DNA of 64,000 nucleotides from Pavona decussata (Eukaryota): NCBI GenBank assembly GCA_977016875.1, contig CDRNST010000085.1, positions 4,092,001 to 4,156,000 of the forward strand, read 5' to 3'. Shown piece by piece: positions 1 to 13,279 of this stretch (position 1 is its first letter; each line of letters starts with the position of its first letter). The notes under the pieces were generated by a model. It saw only the letters and a program-made list of their open reading frames with translations, ran no database searches and was not told where the DNA came from. The position numbers and the translations under genes were made by a program.

Positions 1-370
1 TTTGATGTTTTGCATAGAATTAACGGCAAAGAAATGTGCCACAGCGTATAACGCACGAACAAAGCCAGTCGTTATCATCGCTTCCTGAAAGAAGGCTTGC
101 AACAGTTTCGCCTTGAAGTGAATCTTTCAGATCAAAATTTCAAATGGAATCCTTGCTTCTATTTCCCTCATACTACATCACGTTTTCAACCTACGATTAA
201 ATTTTGTTTTCTTTTTCGGTTTCCAAGCCACAAATGTTGTTTAAAAGGTTGTGTAGTATGAGAGAGATCGAAGCATACCTCGATCTATACGAAATTTTGA
301 TTTGGAAAGATACACTGTTGTAAACCTGAAAGATCACGGCCTTATTTTTTCCTTTTTTCATTACTGGCAG

Positions 371-3300
371 CCAAGACCAAGTGCCCAAGGCTTTCCCTTG
401 CGAGTGGTGTACGAGCGTCTCCTTCCCAGTGCCTCTCGTCCAATCAAAGTTATGGATCAACGTGTTCGTTTTCGTGCGCCCGTGGATACCGACTCAGCGG
501 TCCTTCATCTACTCATTGCGGGAAAAGAGGAGCCTGGAACCGAAACGTCGACACAGTCCGCTGCAATGGTTAGTAATAATTTTTTAATATTTTTAATCTA
601 CAAAAACAGTAATTTTTTGACTAAAAATACTAAAGACAAACAAACTAGAGAATAACAAGAAAACAAAAGTACAAAAATAAAAGAGCCAAAAAGAAAGAAA
701 TAGTAAAAAGAATTATTGGAGAAGGTAATGTTTTACAAATTTTAGTAAAAAGAANNNNNNNNNNNNNNNNNNNNNNNNNNNNNNNNNNNNNNNNNNNNNN
801 NNNNNNNNNNNNNNNNNNNNNNNNNNNNNNNNNNNNNNNNNNNNNNNNNNNNNNNNNNNNNNNNNNNNNNNNNNNNNNNNNNNNNNNNNNNNNNNNNNNN
901 NNNNNNNNNNNNNNNNNNNNNNNNNNNNNNNNNNNNNNNNNNNAAATAAAATAGTAAAATACAACAGTATAGTAAAATAGTAAAAAGAATTATTGGAGAA
1001 CGTAATGTAAGAAGAAATGCCTTTTTACATGGTGTAAATCTTGATCAGTTCACTAAATATTTATTTGGCATCTTTAAGTTTGACTAAAAATTCGATACGG
1101 CGGAGTCAATGATACTGACGAGTTAGAAAACTACTGCAATCATCAGAAGCCTGCAAGTGCTATGAGAACGTTTGTCGGAAGACAATTGGTGTTTATTATA
1201 GCATTCAATCTTACCTTCTTGAGAGAAGATCTTACTCAATAAACATTTAACTCAAATCCAATTTTGCAGACATCAACGAGTGTTCTGTGACAAAGAATGG
1301 CGGCTGCAGTCACAAGTGTGTGAATACCGCTGGGGGCTATAAATGTGAATGTCCAGACCCGGAACTGAGTTTGTCTTCAGATAAAAAGACATGCCAAGGT
1401 AAACATCAATCTTATAATGCTAGCAACACCATTTTATAATGACAATAACAATCTTTTTGCCGTCAAAGTAAAAATAATGCTTCCCCCTGCGCTCTACCTT
1501 CTGATGAATTTTCATGGATTTTTACCGAACTCGAACTTTTGCTGGAGTGCAGATATGAAGACGCCGCGAGAATATTATAAAATTTAAGCACATTTCCTGA
1601 ATGTGAGATAATTAATGCTATATATTCAGAAGTATTCCTGCTAAATAGTCATTAAAAGTTTTCATAATCTCTCTTTTGCTTTTAGCTCCAGGTGTCGATG
1701 TTCAGTGCAACAGCAAGAATATGACCATTACCATTCCCAAGTCCCTCCTCCGTGGTATTGACCGTGAGCATCTTCGACTCCTGGACACCACATGCAAAGC
1801 TACAGAAACAAGCGCATACTTCTCACTTACAACACCGCTGACCGGCTGTAAGACAACAAGCAGACACACACCCACAACCATCGTCTACTCCAACGCAGTT
1901 TTGGAAATCCCTGTGGCTGCTAAAGATGTCATAACGCGCGTGCGTGAAATAGAAATTCAATTCAGCTGTTACTACTCCAAATATGGTGTGGTGTCATCAG
2001 TTGGCTGGAAGCCAAGTAACAGAAAACTCGTGTTTAACGATGAAGGCAAAGGAAACTTTACACTCTCCTTAAACATGTTTCCTGACAAAAGATTTGTGAG
2101 TCCTTACATGAAGAGTGATTTCCCTGTAGCTGTAGTGCTACGCAAACTTTTGTTCTTTGAAGTGTCGGTGGAATCAAGTGACAAGAAGCTGTCAATCATG
2201 GCTGATCGTTGTTTTGCCACACCCACGCAGGATCGGAAAAGTTCTTTGAAGTACGAGTTCATTGCAAAAGGGTGAGGGAAACCGACTTATAAAATGCCTT
2301 TTATTATAAGGGAGACTTCAAAAAGTCAGGCTCACAAGAGCTAGTAATTTTCATACAGTTGCAAACACATTATCGCCGATTAAATCTTTGTTTTTTAGGG
2401 ACCTGATATCCGCCCTCATGTTCTGTCATTACTCACTAGCAAACTATATACTAGTAAAGGTGAATAAATGTCAAGGCTGATCATTTGGTGTGGTAGCGTT
2501 CCATCCTTAATTGGATGAATAGCTTTAAGATCAGAACAAAGGTTACCCCATATTCTTCACCTGCTACATAATAATTGAGGACAGGGTAACATATAAAAAC
2601 GTTCCAAATTGTTCTTTCTGCAGCATCAGCAGCCAATGATCTTCTCTTCCCTGCCAAACATAGCATTTTTAGCAACTGTGGAAGAGATGTAAATATGACA
2701 TTAAGGAATTTTTTTGTCATAGATGCCCGAGTGACGTCACAGTGAAGTACCATTCCGCGTCTTCAGTCAGTGCTCAGCGGTTTAGTTTGGAAGCCTTCAA
2801 GTTCATTGCTGATCATCCATTCGTGTTTGTACACTGTCACGTGATTGTATGCAATGCAACTGATCCAGGCTCCAAGTGCGCTAAAAAATGTCCACCAATT
2901 GGCCGAGGAAAACGTGAGGTAAACGATCACATGGGTAATGACGTGTACTCTTTGGCCCAGGGCCCACTCCACCTGGCACGTGAGAAGCGAGAGGAAAAGA
3001 GTGACAGTACTGTGGACAAGAGTGGTGAGTGAATATAAGTAGCATTTTAAACAACAGAATTGAGTTTGCTAGTGTTTTTACATAATATCATTTCGATGTT
3101 TTATGGGATATCTTTTTTCAGCAGGTTTACCAAAGTTACATAATTGAATCCATAATAAAGTTTCTGAATTTAGACTGATTGTCTGTGATTGGTAAATTTA
3201 AGTTGAGACTTGAAACATTCCATTTCCTGAGAAATAAGTGCGTACGTGTGGAAGCCCAATAATAGAGAAATTGTAGCTTGTTAGCTCTGTCAGTGTTTTG

Positions 3301-3703
3301 TACTAACACTTTTAAGTGTATTTAGTTTGAATAATAAGAGGTTCAAAATGCTACCCACTGAAATTATAAACTTCGGCTTCCCTTAACTGGGAAATAAAAC
3401 AGACATTCAAATTTCTTCTCCTATTGTTAGTCATATTTACAACCCGGAAGGCCGTATTTTCCTTCCGGTAAATCAATTTCAGATATAAGAAATTCTAAGT
3501 TTTAAATCTACAACAGCAAGCACCTTTTCTATTAGGAATTTATTATCTGAAGTTCTTTCCATTTAGGTTCCAGTGCTGCTCTTATGATTGCTCTGTTTGT
3601 GATGTGTGTTGCTTGGATGGCGGGAAAAGCGTTGATGATGGTCAAGAAATCACGTGACAAGCCTGCTGGGTATACTGTGCTTGTCTCCGGTGATCAAGAG
3701 TGA
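371..3703 (+). CDS. EGF-ZP-domain type I membrane protein, copy 1 (5' end outside window): sushi/CCP - calcium-binding EGF - ZP - furin site - TM
   Basis: Spliced by AG/GT and phase. Exons: 371-568 (sushi, KCPRL...CSFSCARGYRLSGPSSTHCGKRGAW...RCN), 1270-1398 (DINECSVTKNGGCSHKCVNTAGGYKCEC), 1686-2271 and 2723-3024 (ZP domain, RGKR furin site, SLAQGPLHL hydrophobic patch), 3567-3703 (TM + tail, TGA). An N gap lies between the first two exons. Confidence 0.9.
755..943. other. Assembly gap (189 N)
   Basis: N run; tagtaaaaagaattattggagaa occurs on both sides (about 701-723 and 978-1000), suggesting a local overlap or repeat. Confidence 0.99.
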
Positions 3704-6700
3704 AAACAAATTCACTAACAAAAACCGGACTCTTGACACAATTATAGACAACTTGAGCTTGAGATATTCATTTCATTGAGAAAGAATTACTAAACAACGT
3801 ATGCCTCGCTATAAAACTTATTCCCCACTTCAGAAACTGTGACAAGGCTGGTACGCGTAAGGGATTGTGGGATTGTTTGTGTTGCACAGACAAATGAATG
3901 CATTTTCAGTATTTTGTTGGGGTAACGTGGCTCTTAAGTTTTCACCTAAAAGAATAATTTCTATGTAACTGACTGCTGAGAAATTAACGTACTTATTTAT
4001 CGTTTTAATTTCCGTCCATCTACGCAAACGATCAATTAGCCCTTACTCGTACCAGTCCTCCTCGTTGTTTCCGGAGTAGAGAATTGTATCATCACCTTGT
4101 TCCACTCAATTTAACGTAATTTCTGACTTAAGGGGGGACTATCATGCAAAGTTCTTAACCGTCAAAGCTTGGAAATCCTTACCTCCACAGATAAGTTGTT
4201 TGAATCATGTTTTTCTATTTGAAAGTTTTTCATGATTTTCGACTCACAAGCCACGTGGTCGGAACGGTAAATGTCGGTATCTGTGCCGATTGTTAAAGAT
4301 GACCAAGATGCAAAACGTGACATGAAGTCTTCTTAACTGAAATTGGAATTTTCATATAAGTCGTGAGGACATAAGCAAGCGTATTAATCGATTTTCTTTA
4401 GTAGCAGTTAAAGAAGACTAGAATATCTCCGACTCGACTCACATCGTAAAATCCAGTTTCGAAAATTCTGCTTACTGAACTACTTTTATCAATTGAATAT
4501 CTCCAGCTCAAGTATCTCGCTTATGCGTAAATACTGAATAGCCTGTGAACTAAACTTTTAGTTCCGAATATTGAGGCAGTCTGTCAGTTGAGACCGTTGG
4601 CTTGAGAAGACTTAGTTTTGTTTTCATGGCCGTTCAGAATTCTACCCATGACGATTTATTCTACCGGATTGTCGAAAAGATCTCAAATAATTATGGGTGC
4701 TTTGCTGTTTTGCTCTTTTAACGATACATACCTATACATTACTAGTTCTACCTGCCGGTAAAAGTGCTAACGAGTGAGGACGTTTGTTTGTGTGATTTGC
4801 CAGGACCGCAAATTCAGGCATTGAAACCTACACTTTTGAAACCGTACTATTTCGGTGTGTCCAGTTTGACGATCATTGTATTTACATAACACACGTGCAT
4901 ATGGAGTTTTTCTGATCAGAGTTTCACCTTTGCTAGACTTAAATGCGCCTCTGCTGTGTTTGGAGGGAGAACAAATTGATATCAAGGGCGAAATTCATGC
5001 TTCAGTTGAATAATCTTCTATGCTTACTGGCAACTGAACTAGTGATTAAGGGTAACCATGGTAACTAGAGATGATTGTCATAAGTCGAAATTAGCTAAAA
5101 AGATCTATGTTTTCATCTCCAAAAAGAGATGGAGAAATACGGCGACATTGAAAAGAAGTTAAAACAAATATGTGACGTGGAGAAGTAGTTGAAGGCATCG
5201 ACCTGTTATTGCCAGACCTCTCTTTCGTCAAGCGAAACAAGTCTTTTATCAAAAGAATACAAAACTATCTCGACTTTAGTATACAATCAATAAAATTAGT
5301 ATTAATGATCATAAAAGGTGTTGGGTGCTTGGTGCTGTTTATCATGAGATCAATAAAAATCTCAAGTTGCATTTCATGTGGTCAGATGTGTGGTTACTGT
5401 GCACGCGCAACTGCTTGCCTTCAGTTAGATAACAAATACATGATGCACCTCTAGTTTTAGAATAACGTAACCAAACCCCTTTGCCGGTAATTTTTGCACG
5501 CGGTTTATGGATATTTTCAACTCTCACGTTTAATAATAATTTTCCTACAATCTGTCAGCCTCTGGTGTTATTCTCCAACATATAATAAACCAGTCGCCCA
5601 AAGGGTTATATTTACTAGATGAAAGGACCAGTGCATCTTCCTGCCAATTTCGTTCAATTGTTAATTTAAGAACGTTGCACTGCCGTGTAAAAGACATGTT
5701 ATGACACCCTTTTAGCGTCGATAATCGCTCTCGATCACATTAAAAGCACTTTCGCAGAATCTGTTAGCACCCTACTTTGAAATTGCAAACAAAATATCTG
5801 CTTATTACGGTATATCTCTTAGGAGAGACGAGGGATCCAGGCAAACTTTTAAAAGCCTGAATCGGCCACATATTGTTCATATTGTTCAAGCATTTTATGC
5901 TGTGCATATACAAAACATAAATGGCATTAACTGCAATCAAATAACTATTTTTTCTATGGGCCTTTCATTTGTGGCTACTTGTCACATATCATGACCAAAC
6001 TCAGCGACGAGACGTGATTAATATTCCAGAAAGCACTTTCCTTTTCATTACAATCCACTTTATGGTTCAGAACTGATCATGTTTCCTTAGGTGCCGATGG
6101 CCGCACCACTGGCTTCTAGAAGGGTCTGGCCAGGATCTGAGGGCATCTTTCCCGGATGATGTTCCTGAAAACGGAGATGAAGGGATGCAGTGTGGTGTAT
6201 TTTAACCCATAACATAAACTGTCTCCAGTTACACGGCCACTTGGATTTGAATTACAACATATAAGCATACAACTGGGATGCATTTAGCAACAGCCTTCAG
6301 TCTGAAATCCGCGTATATCTGCGCACAGTATTACGCATTCGGCAGCGTTGAACCCATATATAAGATCAAAATGGCCGTATATATGGGTAAAACACATGAA
6401 GGGATGAAAACAAACCGATGCAACAAAAAAGCCACGAATATGGTGTCACAAACAGATGGCCAACCATGTTGTGTTAGCCTTAAGTTTGATAGGGTTACTT
6501 TCCTGAACTAATTCTTGGTTATTGCTTGACAACGTTCTTTGGAAAACTTATTGACATTTGAACCTTTTTGCAATGTTGTTACATCCGAACTGCAACCTCA
6601 CTAACAGTTTCAAAGAAGACCTGTGAATTTTTTGTTACTCGGGCTTGTCGATTATAACCAACTTGGTGTTACACAATCCGGTTTGATATACAGCACACCC

Positions 6701-9700
6701 TTGTGTAACAATTGTTAATTACAAAACTTGCAAAGTCTCTTCTACTTTATCAGCCAAACACTGCATGTTCGGCGGGAGCATTAGTCTGCACTTTCACGCG
6801 CTCAAGGAATCTTATTTTGACGTAAAAGACGTTGCCATGGTACAGAGTAACTAACCAGCATGCTTGCAGCAGTTTAAACAACAGCACTATAACCTCGGGC
6901 TAGGATATTCAAGGTTCGGAAGTAACTTCTGGTTAGGTCTAATCTAATGCTGGTTGCAGGTTTTGACCAACTTTAGCTTAGGTCCTCTTTCCTCAAAATT
7001 AGCTTTTGGACATGTTAGCCACCTACTAGACATAGGCATATCCCATAATAAATTTTGCTCCGTTTTGTGGTAGTAATGTAGATGGTTGCGAATTGAATCA
7101 ATAAAAAGTTGATGATTGTTCCTTGCAAAACACAATGTTGGCGCTTCACAAGATCTTTGTATACATTTATCCCGCACCGGTTAGATGCACTTCTCATCTG
7201 ACGCCACTGACAACACCACTCAAATTGCGCCATGTAATATCCGCCGTGCTCACTCTACAATCATTTTATGCATAAAGTGCCTCATTTGACAACTCCACCT
7301 TTAATTGGCTACAAATACTCACGATGCTGCTTTATTACGAATACACACGCTACATCCTCATGATTGCAAATTGTGCACTCCTTTGAAATATCAATTAGCC
7401 GTCCTAAAACTCAAATCTCCTTTTTAATGTTTCGTGTCACTAATAATTAGAGTAAGTAACAATAGAACAATCACCCCAAGATATTACGCTGCAAAACAGT
7501 CCGTACGTTTGCGTTTGTCCATCGTTCGACAACAGCCGTCTTGGAACAACAAAAAAAAAGGCTGAAGCGAGTGAGAAAAATGCAAAGTGAGACTGGGGCA
7601 AGAGTCTTGCATCACAAGCATTTTCGGATGGAAGACTCGCGAATTTGCGCTCTCGGTGACTCGCACCTTTTTCGGTGAATTTTATGGTAAAAACCGACTG
7701 TTTTTCAGTTTGCCAAGACATCGAGTGGCGGATGAATCTCGATGTTACTCAGGTTCGACTGTCGTCTCGAAAGTCATCGAGATTGGGGCGTAATGGCGTA
7801 ATAGTTATATTTCTAATTTACTCAACCAAATGCCAATTAGCTGAATGGAAATTAGGGAAAATACTAATGAAAAGAGGCGGGAAAATTGTGCATCAGTGAG
7901 CAAAGAGCCACAGAGAACGTTAAAATGTGCAGTATCTTGTATTTTGTGTGACCATGGTTGTTCGTATTCAACATCCCCTTAAAAAATGAGTCCTAAAGGA
8001 ATATTCCGTCTCAAAAATGTTTTATGATCGACGGTGAGGGTTTTAGCTGTCATCCTGTTTGAATTGTTGGATTGTTAGTGCTATCATTCTCTAACCTTTA
8101 AGTCAAAACAAAACAAAACAAACAGTATTGTCTAGTTCCTTAAATATTTGAATTAAAATCTAACTTGAGAAAATCTAGTTGTCAAGAAATATAATCACAG
8201 TTCCACTGGCTCGGTAAATATCGTTATCAAAACACTTTGATTTTGTCTCAGTGGTGGTATTCGAAGCTCCAAATCGACATCATGGCCTTAATGGGTTTGG
8301 CTGCCTATCTTTTGTCATTGTGCGATTCGCGGTGTGCTAAAACAAAGTCGTGTTTAAGGTAAGCTTGACAAACGAACTGAAAGCCAGAACTTACATTTTC
8401 TTTTCTTTGTCAAGTCATCCTAACACCACGTGGCCTTAACAGATCGCTTGTAAAATTAAATCAATTCAGAATTGATAAACGCTCAGGACTAAACATCAAA
8501 TGATTTTACATTGATTTCGGCAGATATTCATGATCTATCAGTACTTTATACCGTTTCAGCAAAATCTTTTGCTCAATCTCTTACGACCTCATCTACATAA
8601 ATTTGCCTTTCTGTGACTAAGTGTAATGCATGACGTGTTTCTGTCGTTCCAGTATTCAGATAAACTGAAGGAAGTCAATCATAACATTATGTCTTTCCCT
8701 CATTGATATTGCTCTCCCTGACATTTTTGGCTGGAGTCACATATAGTAACTAAAACCGTTCAATTTGTGATAATCAGCCGTACATAACAAATAGCATCTC
8801 TGTTCTGATACGAATTTTTCCATTGAAAATTGAGGTTGTTGTCTATTTTTTTGGAACAATTATCGGTTCATAAGAGATAACAATTGCTCCGCGCCATCGC
8901 CATTTGCAATTTGAAATTATTGTGTACTTAGATGAAAAGAGTAACCTCCAACAACTTCTGTTTTATGTTACTGGTTCGAATAGTTACGTTTCTCCTTCAC
9001 GGACCAAACAAAACAGCGAAGCTCTTGCTAAAAAATATACCCGCTATCGGCCCTGCGGAAAATTCTTAAAGGGAGCTATATTAGTCTGCGGTCTGTTTGT
9101 TTGCTTGCAAGATTGACTGTTCCGTTTTTCTTCGAGCAATGCGATTGTTTGAGTGTGGCTAGGGTAACTCCAATAGAAAAAGAGTGAAATAAGATCATAT
9201 AGGAATTGTCTCAATGAAAACAATTCCTTTTTTGTCGGTGAAATTTCGCCTAGCTACACATGAGAAACCGAGTCGTAGTTTTGTCAAATCGTTTGTGCGG
9301 CAGAGACTCTAACCTATATATTGCTAAAAACAAATGTCGTGTGGCGAATTGTTTATAGTTTTGTTTACCGGCCAGTAATTCTCTACGGTCTAAGGCAATA
9401 CTGAACTATTTTGTGCTTGAAAACCTTAGTCAACTTTAATTTCACATCACTTCCGTTAAATTATCCGAGACAAGCTTAAGTTGGAAAATATTCATAACCT
9501 ACTGTGTGGTCAATTTTACTTTCCCGTCTGACGAGGTAAACAGATACAGTTTACGGGTACCAAGCGAAATTAGCCTCTCTTAGTTTGGTGAGTTAAGGTA
9601 AAGCCTGGATAAACTTACTGAAAGCCAGAACTTGCGTTTTCTTTTCTTTGTCAAGTCATCCTGACACCACGTGGCCTTAAGGGATCGATTGTAAATTAAA

Positions 9701-11491
9701 TCAGTTCAGCATTGGCTAACGCTCAGGACTAAACATCAAATGATTTTAGATTGATTTCGGTGGATACTCATGATCTATTAGTACTTTATTTACCGTTTTA
9801 GCAAAATCTTTTGCTCAATGTCTTTCGACGTGATCTCCATAAATTTGCCTTTCTGTGAAGTGCACTGCTGCATGACGTGTTTCTGTACATGTCGGTCCAT
9901 GCAGTATTCAGATAAACTGTCCGTATTCAAGGAAAGTCAATCATACCATTTTGTCTTTCACTAATAGCAACAAAAAAGCCTTCCCTCATAAATATTGCTT
10001 TCCCCGACATTTTTGGCTACAGTCACATATAGTAATTTAAAACGTTGATTTTGTGTAATATTATGATAATCTGTTGTCTATGTTTTTAGAACAATAATCG
10101 CTTCATTAGCGATAATATTTGCTTTACGCCAACGCCATTTGCAATTTCAACCTGAAACAACTGCTGTTTTATTGTTATTGCTTCGAATATTTACGTTTGT
10201 CCTTCTCGGACCAAACAAAACCGCGGAGTTCTTGCTTAATGATAACCCTTCTATCGGCCCTGCAGCAAATTCACTGAGGAACTCTTAAAGGGAGTTCTAT
10301 TTGACTTGTAATTTTCTACGGTGTGTGTATTTACTTGGCGAGACTATTATTATTCTTGTCTGTTTTGTTTTTGTTCGAGCATATGCGATTGCTTGAGTTT
10401 GGCTAGGGTAACCCAAATTATAGAGAATGGGTGAAATAAGAATTGTCTCGATGAAAACAATTCCTTTTTGTTGGTAAAAGTTTGGTTAGCTACAAGAAGC
10501 CGACGTGCAGTTTCGTCAGATCTTTCGTGCGGTAGACCTATTCTATACTAAATTTAATCAAATATCGTTTGACAAATTGTTCACAATTTGAGTACCAATA
10601 ATTCTTAACGGTCTAAGGCAATACTGCCTTATTTTATGCCGCTTGAAAACTTTAGTCAACTTTCATTTCACATTTCTTCCGTTAAATCAGTTCTACGAGC
10701 TCAAGTTGGAAAATGTTCATAACCTATTGTGGTCAATCTTACTTTCCTTTGTGGTGAAGTAAACAAATACAGTTTACTGGTTCCAAGTGAAATTGGCCAC
10801 TCTTAATTTGAATCAAACGTTGTAATTTTGTCCTTTTTTCGTCCTGAGTGAGCTGGTTTTACTTAAAAGATACATACTTAATATTATTTTAGGTTCATTG
10901 ATAGATTTCTGAGTTTCTCCTCTTCGCCGCGATTAAAATGATTTCAACTATAACACAAACACTAAGAGTGAAAGCGAATTTCTACTGAGCCGCGAAATTA
11001 TCCATTTAAATTTGTTTTTTGATAGATATAAATGTGCAGCTTAAGACTTCAACTAGTGCAGTCCTTCGATGTTTAATCAGGTGAGAAGTCTATTGAAATA
11101 CCAAAGGTCAGTTTGTAAAAGGGTCTGCTATGGTGATTAATGAGACAAACACGATCAAGCTTGACTCTTCAATCATTCCTGTGCGAGAGTCTGATTTAGT
11201 TTCAGTTGCTCAGTTATGAATTAACTTCGTTGAAATATCGATGATGAATTCGTCATGGTAGTTATCTAAATATCAAGGGGCAAACTTTTCTTTAACTCCA
11301 AAGCTGAGCGTATTCAACAAAATCGTGCAGCGATTATAAATGTTAGAATTGCCACAGGTTTAAGTAAATAATAAAATAACTAAAATGTAAATGTAAAATG
11401 TAAATAGTAAAAATTTTGAGATCTACCTTTTTATCTTCATAATTTTCTCAAATCTCATTAAAAGAAGACGACAGCGAGTGCAAGTGAATAT
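3704..11491. repeat. Segmental duplication: spacer downstream of gene copy 1
   Basis: Colinear, visibly high-identity homologues at about 29404-36998, 46215-53398 and (partial) 61080-64000. Confidence 0.9.
8340..10810 (+). repeat. Two diverged tandem ~1.25 kb units beginning at a splice-donor-like aag|gtaagc
   Basis: Units at about 8340 and 9590; the pair recurs at about 33830/35090, 51190/52463 and 62153/63430. Confidence 0.85.
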
Positions 11492-11507
11492 TTAACAATT
11501 ATTCCAC

Positions 11508-11543
<36 letters not shown>

Positions 11544-11558
11544 CAGGCGTTGGCTATA

Positions 11559-11619
<61 letters not shown>

Positions 11620-11816
11620 GAGACAAATCTTCCCGATATATTTTGTAAGAAAAAACCGGATGTTACAATATACAGATAATTTCCGGTTTACTTCATTTCA
11701 TGACATGTCACTTGTCTATCAAAAACTGTCAAATCCTGCGCGCGTTGTTCTGAATAAATTATAAAACGCGACGATCAAAATGCATCAAGTTTGTCAAATT
11801 TTCGCTGCTTGAATAA

Positions 11817-13237
11817 CAGGGTTGACGCTAAGCACCGGCTGCCGGCGAAATTCGCTGGCTGGAAAAGAGGTCATCGCCGGCTGAATTTTAGGTGGCAAAC
11901 ACTCGTTTAAAAGGGCAATGAACAGTTCTTTAGTTTTTTCCACTAGCAATTGTTCGATTTAGAATAATATATTTTAAGTGAAAAGGTTGAATAAACTCCT
12001 GACTACCTTGAGTATCGATGCCATAAAGTAATTGAAATAAAGTCTTGTTTTGAGAACTTGTTTACCGTGTCCTCTTTCCGTTTTCTGCGTCCGCCATCTT
12101 GTCAACACGAAGCTTGGGTAGCCCCCGCATTCAAGGCGTTGCGAAAGATTGGGAACGAGTTTGTTACTAAGTCTTTCTCTGTAGCATGACAGAGGAAAAA
12201 AAACATGAAGGAACTTGTTCGTAATGTTTTAATACAGCTTTTAATGGGTTAAATTTTATTGTTTAGAACATGTTTATGCTCATGGATAGCAAGAAGAACT
12301 GGGCAAACGGAGGAACAACTGAACAAACCAGAAACGTAAACGGTCCGCCGAGTGCTCGCCGGCGAAAACGAAGGAACGAGAAACCGAGTGAACGAACCCG
12401 AGAAACTGGATGAACAGCTGAACGACCGAGTGGACAACTCTTTATTTCGCAGTTCTAAGCGTTTATAAGAATCGATTTTCTGATATTCTAGTGCAAACTT
12501 TAAAGCACTTATCTTTTCGGAACGAATGGAAAGCGATGTAGCTTTCGTTCTCATTACTTTACGCACGTGTTTTCATTTTTAATGTTAGAGTATACACGGC
12601 ATTCATGAAAAACGGGTTTTAGTTAGATTAGATTAGTTGTAGTTAGGTTTTGAATTTTGTTCTGGAGAGCTAGGTTATTTCTAATTTTTATACTCCTGAT
12701 GGATTTTACCGTGTTTAAATAAAGAACTATTCTTCAAGTGAGCTCACCAAAAAGAGAATTAAGAAAACAGCATAGATTGACGAACTGAAGTAAGACAAGG
12801 CAGAAGAAGGTCTGTCATTCTCCTTAGGGGCACAGTGAACAGACCCGGTAGAGAGTTCAAGGAACGCCAAACAACGAAAACCACACGAAGGAAATATGGA
12901 AACGTCAAAGCGAGGGAGAAAATTTTGAATAAATTCAGGGTGAATCTCTGTACCACTACCACACGTTTCAAACTGCGGCACCACAGCTGACCTTCTCTGT
13001 AATGGTTATTTCTTTTTGCATAAAAGAGCCCCTATATTTCACCAGAGCACACCAAATTGAATTAAAATTTTCAAAATTTCCTGGGGAGGCCCCCCATACC
13101 CCCCTAATGGGAGGGGTGACCCCCTCCCATACCAAGCCCTCCGTCGGCTACGCCGATGGCAGAAGGCACTTCGCGCCTTCTTTAGCCGGCTCAATTTCTC
13201 AGCTAACCGGCAGAAAAATTTCTTAGCTACAACCCTG
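11817..13237. mobile_element. Non-autonomous hAT-like element nested in the Crypton
   Basis: TIRs cagggttgacgctaag / cttagctacaaccctg; flanked by aataa on both sides (a full 8 bp TSD is not preserved); GC-rich subterminal motifs. Confidence 0.6.
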
Positions 13238-13279
13238 AATAAGTGAAAAAATTTTCTGTTAATGGTTACAATACACAAT

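Noticed and set aside
569-1269. Definite loss of sushi B in copy 1
   Set aside because: The N gap in this intron could hide the exon, so absence cannot be asserted.
6278-6511. 77 aa ORF identical at 49098-49331 as a gene
   Set aside because: No recognisable domain; identity is explained by the near-identical DNA island.
9520-9575. CTGA(C/T)GAG...stem...CGAAA in the 1.25 kb repeats (also near 35026, 52400, 63357) as a hammerhead
   Set aside because: GAAA does not follow the stem, no helix III/UH can be formed, and the core is not kept in sister units.
12180-12984. Possible solo LTR (tgtagc...ccaca) inside the hAT-like element
   Set aside because: No matching TSD and no second copy in the window.
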